DNA of 64,000 nucleotides, from IMG/VR virus record IMGVR_UViG_3300020438_004435; one strand, 5' to 3'. The translations under genes and the position numbers were made by a program. Origin of the DNA: a virus. This document shows, piece by piece, positions 29,004 through 39,272 of the stretch (positions within the stretch are counted from its first letter, which is position 1; each line of letters begins with the position of its first letter). The notes under the pieces were generated by a model. It had not been told where the DNA came from. It saw only the letters and a program-made list of their open reading frames with translations, and did no database searches.

Positions 29004-29920
29004 TCTAATATTCCCTTTAAGGCTTTGGTTTGGCTTTCTAATGTTGCTCCTGCTACATGAGGTGTAATAATTAAATTTTCATACTTTCTATAGATATCCA
29101 TAAGACTAGAGGTTTGCAAATCGTTTTGCTTTTGTTCTCCTTGTAATACATCTGTTGCAAATATAATTTTTCTTCTTTTAACTAAATCTATAATATCATG
29201 CTCATTAACAACCTCACCTCTAGACGTATTTACTACAATTAAATTATCCTTTAATCCTTCTAAAAATTTTCCATCTATCATATTAGTGGTTTCTTCAGTA
29301 AGATAACAATTTATAGAAATAGCATCTGGATTGATTTCCTTTAATTCATCTATTGAATGTATTCTTTCATTTTGCAATTTAACATCAAAGAATTCCGAAT
29401 CAATATATGGATCATACCATTTAATATTCATACCAAATGCTTCTGCATAATTATATATCTTTTTTCCTATTCTACCATAACCAATTATTACTAATGTCTT
29501 ACCATATAATTCATTAGATCTTAAATATTGTTCATTGGATGATTCTCTCCATGATTGAATATGTAGTGGATCAATTGCTGTACTAAATTTTCTAAATGCA
29601 TTCATTATATGTAACCAAGTATATTCTGCTGATGCATGTATTGTATCCAATACTTTTCTATTATCTAATAAGCATCTATATGATATTGAATTATCATCTA
29701 ACCACTTTGTATTAAAATGATTGATACCTGTAGAAGGAGATAATACCCATTTCAAATTAGGAAAATTTACAAAATATTCTGCATCATAATATTTATCCGT
29801 TCCAGGATTTAATATTATACATTCTGTCTCTATAGAATTTTTACTATAAGATAAATTATACTCCTTTAATATTGGATCCATATCAATAAAATCAATTGGA
29901 CATTCAAAACGACATTTCAT
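28991..29920 (-). CDS. D-isomer-specific 2-hydroxyacid dehydrogenase family
   Basis: IIGYGRIG; VNTSRGEVV; ATDVL; ITPHVAG. Confidence 0.85.
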   Translation of the reverse strand: MKCRFECPIDFIDMDPILKEYNLSYSKNSIETECIILNPGTDKYYDAEYFVNFPNLKWVLSPSTGINHFNTKWLDDNSISYRCLLDNRKVLDTIHASAEYTWLHIMNAFRKFSTAIDPLHIQSWRESSNEQYLRSNELYGKTLVIIGYGRIGKKIYNYAEAFGMNIKWYDPYIDSEFFDVKLQNERIHSIDELKEINPDAISINCYLTEETTNMIDGKFLEGLKDNLIVVNTSRGEVVNEHDIIDLVKRRKIIFATDVLQGEQKQNDLQTSSLMDIYRKYENLIITPHVAGATLESQTKALKGILECLR

Positions 29921-29921
29921 A

Positions 29922-30641
29922 TTATTTCCCTTTTATTATTATTTCTGCTAACCTTAAATCATTCATGGTATCAATATTAATCGATGCATCATCCTCCATG
30001 ATATATGCTATGCAATTTTTACCATGTCTTGAAAAATCCTCTACTATACAATCCCTGGTCATTCCATATATCGCACCATTTCTAATATAACATGGTTCCA
30101 GATCTTGTCTTCTACTACCTTCTCCTTCTGGAAATTCTTTACAGAAGTCTTGTAAGCAACCATCCACAATCCTTTTCATTCTTACAGGATGCTTATCTTG
30201 CATCATTGCTACTGAGGTTACACTATCTGATTGGCCCTTTATCATATTATCAAATGCTTCTAATATATGATCAGACGATCTAAGGGGTGATACACAAGGC
30301 AATTCAATAACATAATCATATTTTATATTATTTATTTTTTCCATCTCCTTGACAGCATGTTGCAGTGCATCTCTAGACCATACTGTATCTCCTGATAATT
30401 CATCAGGTCTCATAAATGGAACATTTGCTCCATATGTTTTTGATACTTCTGCTATCTCCTCGCAATCAGTACTTACAATATAATCTGTAAATAATTTAGC
30501 TCCTAATGCTGCTTTGATTGTATATGCGATAAGTGGAGTACCATTTACGTCATAAATATTTTTCTTTGGTATTCCTTTAGAACCTCCTCTTGCAAGAGTA
30601 ACTCCTAATACCTTATAATTAAATGCATTTGATGTATTCAT
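29922..30641 (-). CDS. neuA: Acylneuraminate (nonulosonate) cytidylyltransferase
   Basis: LARGGSKGIPKKN; IVSTD; PFMRP; NGAIY; SINIDTMND. Start more likely 30641 than 30674. Confidence 0.88.
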   Translation of the reverse strand: MNTSNAFNYKVLGVTLARGGSKGIPKKNIYDVNGTPLIAYTIKAALGAKLFTDYIVSTDCEEIAEVSKTYGANVPFMRPDELSGDTVWSRDALQHAVKEMEKINNIKYDYVIELPCVSPLRSSDHILEAFDNMIKGQSDSVTSVAMMQDKHPVRMKRIVDGCLQDFCKEFPEGEGSRRQDLEPCYIRNGAIYGMTRDCIVEDFSRHGKNCIAYIMEDDASINIDTMNDLRLAEIIIKGK

Positions 30642-30642
30642 A

Positions 30643-31377
30643 TTATATCTCATTAGCTTTAATAAGTGTATCAACCATTTTTAATTGATCACCATATTCT
30701 CTTAATATTTTCAGCTCCTCCAAATTCATTGAACCTATATGATCATTACCATCCATACCTTTATTTAATGTAAAATGTTTTTCTATGATTCTTGCTCCTT
30801 TTGATATATTATATAAAGCATATCCTATTCCACATGCATGATCGCTATACCCTGTAACCTTATTATCATACTTAAAATTCTTATAATCAGAATACATTGT
30901 AGGATACTTTGATATGCAATTTAACAATGTAACATTATCCTCATCCTGAAATGGCAATACCATATCTGGATGGGTCATCATACCTAATGATGCTATAACA
31001 GGTTTACCAGTTGCAATTATTTCATCTATTAAATGAGTATCGGCTTTATTTAGACCATATCGAGCTACCGTGCGACTTGCTATCTTATAAGTCTTCATAT
31101 TTAATTGTTCGCACCACCTAAATCTTTCAATATCAAATACTGATGTCATAAATTCAATGCCGTATACATCACACATCTCTGCTACCATTGATAATTCCTT
31201 TTGGCTAAATTCGTTATGTGCTCTTGAATCATCTCCAAAAACGGTTTTAGAATTATACACTTGAAATTTTGCATAATCAGCTCCACCAGCTTTTGATTGT
31301 CTTATTAATTCCTCTATCCTTCTAAAATCTCCATTATGATTAATTCCAATTTCTGATATAATATTTAATTTGTCCAT
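30643..31377 (-). CDS. neuB: N-acetylneuraminate-synthase family protein, lacking the C-terminal AFP/SAF domain
   Basis: ISEIGINHNGD; AKFQ; KIAS; CISKYP; GYSDH; IEKHFTL; DHIGS; only 244 aa. Confidence 0.85.
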   Translation of the reverse strand: MDKLNIISEIGINHNGDFRRIEELIRQSKAGGADYAKFQVYNSKTVFGDDSRAHNEFSQKELSMVAEMCDVYGIEFMTSVFDIERFRWCEQLNMKTYKIASRTVARYGLNKADTHLIDEIIATGKPVIASLGMMTHPDMVLPFQDEDNVTLLNCISKYPTMYSDYKNFKYDNKVTGYSDHACGIGYALYNISKGARIIEKHFTLNKGMDGNDHIGSMNLEELKILREYGDQLKMVDTLIKANEI

Positions 31378-31402
31378 TGTATTCCTCTTTTTATTATAAT
31401 AT

Positions 31403-31413
31403 AATATACAAAA
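31403..31413 (-). promoter_or_regulatory. TTT(T/C)GTATATT motif, candidate host-RNAP promoter element
   Basis: One of six copies upstream of genes (31403, 49224, 51525, 54441, 61671, 63489); resembles the Bacteroidota -7 element TAnnTTTG. Confidence 0.5.
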
Positions 31414-31419
31414 ATTTTA

Positions 31420-32352
31420 TCATATATCAAAACTTTTTAATGGTCCATTTTCACAATTATGATAATATGTATCATATATTAAGGTATCTTTATATCTGTC
31501 TGCTACAGTTTCAAATGTAGAACGATCTTCTCTATCCCAGCCCCATGTTTCTTTCCAATATATTAAATGAGGTCCATAATCACCAAAATGTTTACTGTCT
31601 CCTTGTTTTGCTGCTCTGGCTGATTTAACTGGGACATTAGCTTGTTCTTTAAGGTGTTGATCATGCCATACTACGAAATCTGGTAATACTATATTATGTA
31701 TATTCTTATTTAGGTACTGCATTGCTATATCATCATGTGCACAAAATAAATGATATTTATTAGATACTTTAATATGTTCCTTAAATAATTTTACATTCAT
31801 CATCAATAACATATCTACAGGAGCGTCTATTGAACAAGGTTTACCCCATACATTCCAATCCATTTTCATATCCGTAGATCTAAACCATCCACCTCTACCT
31901 GGTAAATCCATTAGTGGTGCTCTACCTATTATACCACATACTCCTCCAACAACTTGAGAAGGATTTGTAATACCATTTTGTGGACCCATTATATTAAATC
32001 CTACCATACCAAAATCATTTAATTTACCAGTAGATACCTTCTCACTTAAATCCTTAAAAAAATCCTGATTCATTGGCACAGTATCATGAGTACACCATAC
32101 TATAAATTCTACATCATCATCAATATTATCTATCATTGTTTTTGCAGCCCACTGCAATCCTCTATCCTGATTAGGAATAAATTTTATATTATGTCTTGCA
32201 CATATTTCTTTACCCTTAGCTATCTCCTCTGGTTCTGATGCATCATCTATATTATATAATTGAAATCCTCCTAAATCTACATGTTTAAGAAATACCGATT
32301 CCAGCATATCATAATTGTTTCTTGATGATAAATAAATTGCTATATTACTCAT
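31420..32352 (-). CDS. Putative glycosyltransferase (GT-A-like)
   Basis: Locus context; YNIDDAS, WCTHD and CAHDDIA motifs. Confidence 0.55.
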   Translation of the reverse strand: MSNIAIYLSSRNNYDMLESVFLKHVDLGGFQLYNIDDASEPEEIAKGKEICARHNIKFIPNQDRGLQWAAKTMIDNIDDDVEFIVWCTHDTVPMNQDFFKDLSEKVSTGKLNDFGMVGFNIMGPQNGITNPSQVVGGVCGIIGRAPLMDLPGRGGWFRSTDMKMDWNVWGKPCSIDAPVDMLLMMNVKLFKEHIKVSNKYHLFCAHDDIAMQYLNKNIHNIVLPDFVVWHDQHLKEQANVPVKSARAAKQGDSKHFGDYGPHLIYWKETWGWDREDRSTFETVADRYKDTLIYDTYYHNCENGPLKSFDI

Positions 32353-33151
32353 TGTTATTCTCCATTGTTATATCTTGCATATCTACACCATATAAACATG
32401 CAAATATTTTGGTTGTATGATCTACCCAAACCTTATCCTTCATTTGATATTGTGCAATTCTACATTGCACTGTATCATTAATTTTTTCATCAGGTCCTAT
32501 TGATGCGGCCAATTCTAACAATTCTTTTAATGTTTCGGTTTCTCCTATCAATCCACCTGAATTCAAATACTTAAATGTTGTGCCATGATCTTTACCTTTT
32601 TCTTCATCAAATGCTTGTGTCTCATGCCAAGGATTTAATATTACATCAGATACTCCTTCCATACGTTGTGGCGTTGGATAATTATTTCGTTCTGCATTGA
32701 ATAGTAATTTACAATCAGTATCACCATATAGTTCTTTATACCTATCCAATAATTCTTTTGGATGTCTTAATGTTAATACATCACTTGCATCTGCCCAATA
32801 AACATATTTTGTATTTATTGTCCCATCATTGATTGCCTGCAAAGTATTTGTTACCTTTGCCTTCGAACCTTCCCAAAAATTCATTCCTTCTGGCCAATCT
32901 AATACTACAATAGGATAATCATAATATCTCATAAATAATTCTAATACTGTTTCTTCATTACGATATTTTCCACCTTTCCATGTTACCACGGTAATATCAT
33001 GATCATCTCCAATAGACATTGGTGTTTGTGTTTTTATAAATTCCTTATAGACTGTATCATACGATCCACCTATTGTTCTTGATGCTTTGCCATTACCATG
33101 TAACATTAATGGCTTGTTTCCTGTTTCTTTTATTGTTACGTTAATTGCCAT
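32345..33151 (-). CDS. Glycosyltransferase resembling the PLOD/procollagen GT domain
   Basis: YWADASDV; LLFNAERNNYP; FKYLNSGGLIG; VWVDHTTKIF. Confidence 0.6.
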   Translation of the reverse strand: MAINVTIKETGNKPLMLHGNGKASRTIGGSYDTVYKEFIKTQTPMSIGDDHDITVVTWKGGKYRNEETVLELFMRYYDYPIVVLDWPEGMNFWEGSKAKVTNTLQAINDGTINTKYVYWADASDVLTLRHPKELLDRYKELYGDTDCKLLFNAERNNYPTPQRMEGVSDVILNPWHETQAFDEEKGKDHGTTFKYLNSGGLIGETETLKELLELAASIGPDEKINDTVQCRIAQYQMKDKVWVDHTTKIFACLYGVDMQDITMENNNE

Positions 33152-34025
33152 AATTACTTTCTCCTTTTATAAAATTGTGTATATATTCTTCTAAATTTTC
33201 TTTTGCTTTCCACCCTAATCTACTGAATGTTTTATTATAATCTGCAAGAGTTACTTCGCCCTCTCCTCTTCTTAATGATATATATTTTTTAGGGTGATCT
33301 GTAAACATATCCGCTAATTCATTGATTGAATAATTTATTCCGCTACCTAGGTGATGTAATTCTGCAGGTTTGGAAAATTGTAATTCACTGACCTTAATTA
33401 AGCCATCAACTATATCATTAACATTAGTAAAATCTCTTCGTTGATTACCATCTCCAACTATTGTTAATGGTTCCCCATTTATATATTGTCTTTGAAATTT
33501 TCTAATTACTGTTGCATAATTGCCTGTCATAGGTTCTCTATTACCATATACATTATAAAATCTGCATATTGCACTTTTTAATCCATAACATTGTGAAAAG
33601 GTTTTAGCTACCTCTTCACCAGCCCATTTGGAAAATGTATACGGTGTTTTATATTCTCCATTATTAATTGAACTGGAACTTGAGTATATTAATTTTGCAT
33701 CTAATACTCTAGCTAATTCCATAACTTTTGCCGTACCTCCGCAATTGACATCTACATACTCTACTGGATCCTCGAAGCTTGGCTGTATTCTTGCTAATCC
33801 AGCTAAATGAAATATAACATTATAACCTCTTACAGCCCATTTATTATTTATATCCCTTATATCTTCTATAAAATATTTGACTCCATCATGCATATAATCC
33901 TTGCTACTAGATTCGCTGCTTAAATTATCTATAACATGTATCATTTCTGGATCATATATAGAAGCTAATTTATCAACCAAATTTGATCCAACGAATCCTA
34001 ATCCTCCAGTAACTAAAATTTTCAT
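33141..34025 (-). CDS. NAD-dependent epimerase/dehydratase (second paralog)
   Basis: VTGGLGFVGSNL; YTFSK; RFYNVYG; GDGNQRRDF. Confidence 0.9.
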   Translation of the reverse strand: MKILVTGGLGFVGSNLVDKLASIYDPEMIHVIDNLSSESSSKDYMHDGVKYFIEDIRDINNKWAVRGYNVIFHLAGLARIQPSFEDPVEYVDVNCGGTAKVMELARVLDAKLIYSSSSSINNGEYKTPYTFSKWAGEEVAKTFSQCYGLKSAICRFYNVYGNREPMTGNYATVIRKFQRQYINGEPLTIVGDGNQRRDFTNVNDIVDGLIKVSELQFSKPAELHHLGSGINYSINELADMFTDHPKKYISLRRGEGEVTLADYNKTFSRLGWKAKENLEEYIHNFIKGESNYGN

Positions 34026-35053
34026 ATAATTCCCTTTATATTATTTATATATTGTTCCGTTGATTTATAATTTATACCACCTTCTATAGTGTTTAATATA
34101 AATTCCTCATCTCTCCCTTCATTATATTGTCTTTCAAATTCATCATAAATTGATTGAGTATCCAATTCCACCATACCTTTGTAATTATAAAAGCAACCAT
34201 CAAGGCCTGAATTCTTTATGCATATTGTTGGTATTCCTTTTTGAATTGATTTTAGAGCTAGGGTTGAAGGTGCAGATATAACCACAAATGAATTGCATAT
34301 CAATTCATTATCATCCTCACAATCAATTACTATATCATATTTTAATCCAGATGCAATTTTATTAATATAATTTATATCCAAATCAATATCTGGTTGATCT
34401 TTTCTACTTTTTAATTTGAATATAATATTTTTATCATATGCTTCCTGTAATCTTTTTATTCCACTTAAATTGATAAAATTTTCATCTACCTGGATATTAA
34501 ATGGGCAATGTCTATTACCAAGAAAATTTACTATGACCAATATATTATCCTCACTTAAATCATAATCCTTTAATTTATCATTTGCAGGTATACCTCCAGT
34601 AAGAAATTTTTTAGAATTTCCGTGTGGATGGTTAGAATGTAAATAAAAATCCTTAGATCCGAATAGTGATAGATAGTCCCAGTGTTTAATATCTCTTTCT
34701 ACATTATCAAGATCAAAATATCCATTACCTTCATAATTCGCTATGGTTGGTATGCCAGCTTCGCGAGCTATAGCAGATATTTCTTTCAGACCATTACGAG
34801 GTCTACAATCATCAAATATAATTAAATCATATAATTTAATATCGGGTAATTCGGTATATATCTTATCCGCATATGATTCATATAATTTATCGAATAATAG
34901 TCGATAATCATTATCTCCATACCAGGTAATATTATCCGACATTTGAGCTGTTCGATACAAATCAATCTGAGCATATTTTGATAACTCTGGAATGATTGGA
35001 TATATACGTTCACCTATTCTATATACGGTTGCAACTAATAAGATCTTTTTCAT
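34022..35053 (-). CDS. Putative GT-B-fold sugar transferase
   Basis: C-terminal VVISAPSTLALKSIQKGIPTI resembles GT-B/capsule transferases; locus context. Confidence 0.4.
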   Translation of the reverse strand: MKKILLVATVYRIGERIYPIIPELSKYAQIDLYRTAQMSDNITWYGDNDYRLLFDKLYESYADKIYTELPDIKLYDLIIFDDCRPRNGLKEISAIAREAGIPTIANYEGNGYFDLDNVERDIKHWDYLSLFGSKDFYLHSNHPHGNSKKFLTGGIPANDKLKDYDLSEDNILVIVNFLGNRHCPFNIQVDENFINLSGIKRLQEAYDKNIIFKLKSRKDQPDIDLDINYINKIASGLKYDIVIDCEDDNELICNSFVVISAPSTLALKSIQKGIPTICIKNSGLDGCFYNYKGMVELDTQSIYDEFERQYNEGRDEEFILNTIEGGINYKSTEQYINNIKGII

Positions 35054-36221
35054 ATGTATTCATCTGTATTATATCAATTACTAAATTACCAATTTCGCCA
35101 TGAAATGTTTCTTCACCACTATCCTGTATTATTTCCGGCATCTGTTGTATAAATCCAAAATCCTCTTGTGTAAATCTACTACCATCAATTTGGATTAAAA
35201 TTTCATTTTGCTTTTCATTATCTAATGGATTAAACTTCTCAGATAAATTAAATGAAGTATTTTCATTTTCAATGTAATTTGCTGTTGCAAAATCACAATA
35301 TATTGAACTGCACCATGGTTCTAATAAATGTATAAGTTGTTTACTAGCATTAGTAATTACAAACCCTATATCATATTTTGGTGGAACTATTGGTTTAAGG
35401 AATGCATCATGTTTAACAAAATGTCCCCATTTTCTTATAAACTCTCTAGATGCCTTTTCATTTTGTTTTAACCATTCATCGGTTTCTCTATTCTTCATAA
35501 AGACTTTACCATCAGGATTCCTTTTTGCTCCATCAGCAAATCTTGAACCTCTGCATGTCATATGATATACACAGCCTTCCCATGTTTGAATAAATTTAAT
35601 TCCATTTAATTGGAATCTATTAAAGATGTCTGAATCTTCTTTTGATTGTGGAGCATATAGTGGATCGTGTCCTCCTATTTCCTGAAAGTCTTTTTTATAA
35701 AATGCCCAAGGTGCAAATATACCTTCCGTTGTTTTATGCATTCTTTCACTATCGGTTGCTTGTAGATATGAAAATAATTCATCTTCATTAAACTCCTCAG
35801 GTTCAATTCCACAATCCATCAATATCTTTTCAGGTCCTGGTGGATGTAATGGTGGTTCAATTCTTGTGAGGGAAACTATAGTTTTTGGTTTAAGATTCCA
35901 TTCGATTGAATCTAATGCTTTTGGACATAGATACATATCCGCATGGTATATCATACAAATATCATGACTAGCTACTTCATTAACTAATCTGTCATATAAT
36001 ATTGTATGACCCTTTCTTGTTGGACCATCATTTCTAATAGCCTTGAAATTAGGATCGGATTCCATCATTTGCTGACACCAATCCCATGTTCCATCATTTG
36101 AAAAATCATCGGCTACACAAATTTCTACAGTATGATTACCTTGATTTTTTCTTATTGAATTATAAGACCATTTAAGATACTTAAGATTATTTCTACCTGG
36201 TTGTATTAAACTTATTTTCAT
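35019..36221 (-). CDS. Glycosyltransferase family 2
   Basis: VADDFSNDGT; IYHADMY; GGHDPLY..SKEDSD. Confidence 0.85.
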   Translation of the reverse strand: MKISLIQPGRNNLKYLKWSYNSIRKNQGNHTVEICVADDFSNDGTWDWCQQMMESDPNFKAIRNDGPTRKGHTILYDRLVNEVASHDICMIYHADMYLCPKALDSIEWNLKPKTIVSLTRIEPPLHPPGPEKILMDCGIEPEEFNEDELFSYLQATDSERMHKTTEGIFAPWAFYKKDFQEIGGHDPLYAPQSKEDSDIFNRFQLNGIKFIQTWEGCVYHMTCRGSRFADGAKRNPDGKVFMKNRETDEWLKQNEKASREFIRKWGHFVKHDAFLKPIVPPKYDIGFVITNASKQLIHLLEPWCSSIYCDFATANYIENENTSFNLSEKFNPLDNEKQNEILIQIDGSRFTQEDFGFIQQMPEIIQDSGEETFHGEIGNLVIDIIQMNTYEKDLISCNRI

Positions 36222-37978
36222 TTTAATCCCTTAATTATTTTATTTGCTGCATTAACACAATTCCCTATTTTACCACTAAATAAAATAAAATTATTATCCT
36301 CCTTAGATACGATAGTAGGTCTTTCATCGGTTTTATCCTTATTAGGTAATACTGTTCTAATAGTATACATGGATCCAATATGTTCCGCTGAATCTATATC
36401 AGGAAAGAATGTTCTAGCTGATTCTATAAATCTATCCACATTTGTATATTTAGGATTTTTAATTACACCATTATTAAGGTATTCTTTATACACAGAAGGT
36501 ATTTCAGGTTTTAATCCTATATTTCTTACATGGATTGCATGTACAACATTTCCTGCTACATGATAATCAGTATTCGCATATGGATCAAAACACATAAATG
36601 GTCCATCCATTATTACTATACTTTTATTTTTATATTGTGTAGGTAATTTGAATATAGGTTTTTCACATAATTCAAATTGATAATTTGTATTTGTTTTTGT
36701 AACATTATTTAGATTAGCATACGTTGCATATATTATATGTTTATATTTTGTAGCATCTAATTTTTTAACTTCAGTATTAAGATTAGGCTGTATGCCACAA
36801 CCTTTTAATCTTTCGTAGCATATGCTTTTAAGAACGCCTGGATCATATAATTTTTCATTACACCTAATTGTTAAATCGCATCCTGGTAAAGGTTCAGTGA
36901 TCTCCCATTCTAATCCTGAATCATCTAATACCTTAAGATATTTCTCTGGCGTTACCATGCTTTCATTTGAAGCTATTCCATAATAATGTTCTGTGTCTTC
37001 AAGTGCACATTGTCCAAAATATCTAATAAATGAATCATGGCCTCGTTTGCAAGAGTCAATTGTATCTTTACTTCTAGGATAATGATAACCTCGATGCAAT
37101 CTATATTGATTTATACCAGATGCTGATTTCATTATATCATCTTCTTTATCATACAAATCAACAACATATCCAGCGTCACTTAATTTTATAGCTGATGTGA
37201 TTCCATAAATTCCGGCTCCAACTACAGCACATTTACCATACAGATTTTCTTTTACAAATTCGCTTAATTCCGTTGCAAATATACTTCTCTCATGATTATA
37301 ATCAAAATCTATTGTCTCATTTAATACATTCCTTAGCATTTGAAATAGTGCATCATTATCTTCATACTTTACTGAATCTACTCTTTCTCCATACCATTGC
37401 AAATTATATTCAAAATCGTATGTGATTATTTCATCCTCACTAAAGTCATAATCAGCATTCTTAACCCTTAAATCATATATAAGCTGAAATTGCTTATGTA
37501 GTGGTGTATTATAATCACCAATTTTTATTTTACAAGATTGATGACCAATTTGATCGTATATTAAATAAAAATGGTGATAAGCTATTCTATCAATTAGGTT
37601 TGAACCACCACTTCCCCATTTTTTATAGGTAAAATTTCTTAAATTAGGATCAGTATTTTGATGAGATAAAACATCATCTACATAAAATTTTGCTTTATGT
37701 ATTTTTGCAGTGGCAATTAAATCGTGTAAGGATATTCCTGATAATGTTCCAGGTTTTTCACAGAAGACATTTATGCCCCTTTTTAGAAAATGTTTTGCTT
37801 GCTCATAATGTAATTCGTTTGGAGTCGCAATTATTACCCAATCAAGATCTATAGTCTTAGTCCACCATTTATCTGTAGAATTGCATATCCATATAACCTC
37901 TACATCATCCATCATATTTAATTTGGATAATATTTTTTCACCGAATTTGCCGTTTCCTATTTGTCCTACTTTAATCAT
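36218..37978 (-). CDS. Fusion of a Gfo/Idh/MocA oxidoreductase domain and an FAD-dependent oxidoreductase domain
   Basis: IGNGKFG..IATPNELH..VFCEKP; second Rossmann motif VVGAGIYG..SGINQYRLHRGYHYPRS..SGKI. Confidence 0.8.
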   Translation of the reverse strand: MIKVGQIGNGKFGEKILSKLNMMDDVEVIWICNSTDKWWTKTIDLDWVIIATPNELHYEQAKHFLKRGINVFCEKPGTLSGISLHDLIATAKIHKAKFYVDDVLSHQNTDPNLRNFTYKKWGSGGSNLIDRIAYHHFYLIYDQIGHQSCKIKIGDYNTPLHKQFQLIYDLRVKNADYDFSEDEIITYDFEYNLQWYGERVDSVKYEDNDALFQMLRNVLNETIDFDYNHERSIFATELSEFVKENLYGKCAVVGAGIYGITSAIKLSDAGYVVDLYDKEDDIMKSASGINQYRLHRGYHYPRSKDTIDSCKRGHDSFIRYFGQCALEDTEHYYGIASNESMVTPEKYLKVLDDSGLEWEITEPLPGCDLTIRCNEKLYDPGVLKSICYERLKGCGIQPNLNTEVKKLDATKYKHIIYATYANLNNVTKTNTNYQFELCEKPIFKLPTQYKNKSIVIMDGPFMCFDPYANTDYHVAGNVVHAIHVRNIGLKPEIPSVYKEYLNNGVIKNPKYTNVDRFIESARTFFPDIDSAEHIGSMYTIRTVLPNKDKTDERPTIVSKEDNNFILFSGKIGNCVNAANKIIKGLK

Positions 37979-39272
37979 ATAATTCTTTATATGTTCTTTC
38001 CATCCAATAACCTACATCCCTATCATTCGGCGGTATTGCATTAAAGTGATATATCCATCCTGCTTGTAAGAAATGGAGATCATCACTATACCAAGAATGA
38101 CCTGGTATATGTATTAAACTTTTCTTAAATAAATCTTGTAAATTATATGCTTCGGATAATATTGTTGTTTTTATATCATGCTTTTGTAACATAAAATTAA
38201 CAATTGTTTGACCTGTACTGGCTTTTATCTTATCTCTTAATACCTTTATCTCTTCACCGCTTTCAATATATAATTTTTTTAGTGTATCAAAAAATGGCTT
38301 GTGTTTTTCATTTGCGATAATAAATCCTGTATTGATATAGTTATAGGTTTTTATCAATGGCTCATTAGGAAATAATGATGAACCCCAATCTCTTACACTC
38401 CTCGTAACCCATTCATAACATCCATTATTTAATATGGCTGAATATTCATGGTTTGTTTCTTCAAAGAAATTAGGACAATCAGGATGTATTATTGTATCAG
38501 CATCCACAATTAATACCTGGTCATAATTAATTTGATTATGTTCCAATATATCAAATACCCATTCACGTTGCATAATTATAGGAAATACATCTGGATCCAT
38601 TATAGGTTCGGTCCATTCCAATAATAATACACCATTTTTATCACACCAATGTTTCCAACTCTTTACTGAATAGTGATATGGAGTTGCTCTTTTATTTCCT
38701 AAATCAATATTAGGAATAAATACTACATTTTTTTTCATATTGTTATTTAATTCTTTTACAAAATTATCCAATTCATCAGGTTTTACTTTTGCATTATGTT
38801 TTGATATAGAATTATAATCCTTAATATCATAAACACTTTCTAAATCTATAAGACTAGGCTTGCCGTCGATCATTACTATATTATGTGGCACAAGATCATA
38901 AAAGAACATACCACTTTCCTTAATCCTATTCTTTAATATACTAAAAAAATCCTTAGGAATCAAGTGATAATCGAATTCATTTGCGGATAATAATGGTCCT
39001 TCTTTAGTAACATATCCAACTAATAAATCCTTATCATAAATTAAACCGGTTAACGCTGGTACTAATCCTTCAAAGAAATTAGCTTCAATAGCCATTCTAA
39101 AATTATCTATACGACAGTATTCAGGGTGAAAAATCTTGTAGTATAATTTATTATCTGAATCGTGATATACAGCCCTACCTTGATTTACACCATTTGCTAT
39201 TCTATTATACTTATCCTTTACACAATCAAATGTATCTAGGATTATATCTGTGAGTTGAATCTTTGTAACCAT
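37971..39272 (-). CDS. Kinase-like domain fused to a GT-A (GT8/GT34-like) glycosyltransferase
   Basis: YYKIF..YDLVPHNIV..SLIDLESVY (protein-kinase-like); VLIVDADTII..YINTGFI..IYHFN. Confidence 0.65.
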   Translation of the reverse strand: MVTKIQLTDIILDTFDCVKDKYNRIANGVNQGRAVYHDSDNKLYYKIFHPEYCRIDNFRMAIEANFFEGLVPALTGLIYDKDLLVGYVTKEGPLLSANEFDYHLIPKDFFSILKNRIKESGMFFYDLVPHNIVMIDGKPSLIDLESVYDIKDYNSISKHNAKVKPDELDNFVKELNNNMKKNVVFIPNIDLGNKRATPYHYSVKSWKHWCDKNGVLLLEWTEPIMDPDVFPIIMQREWVFDILEHNQINYDQVLIVDADTIIHPDCPNFFEETNHEYSAILNNGCYEWVTRSVRDWGSSLFPNEPLIKTYNYINTGFIIANEKHKPFFDTLKKLYIESGEEIKVLRDKIKASTGQTIVNFMLQKHDIKTTILSEAYNLQDLFKKSLIHIPGHSWYSDDLHFLQAGWIYHFNAIPPNDRDVGYWMERTYKELYD

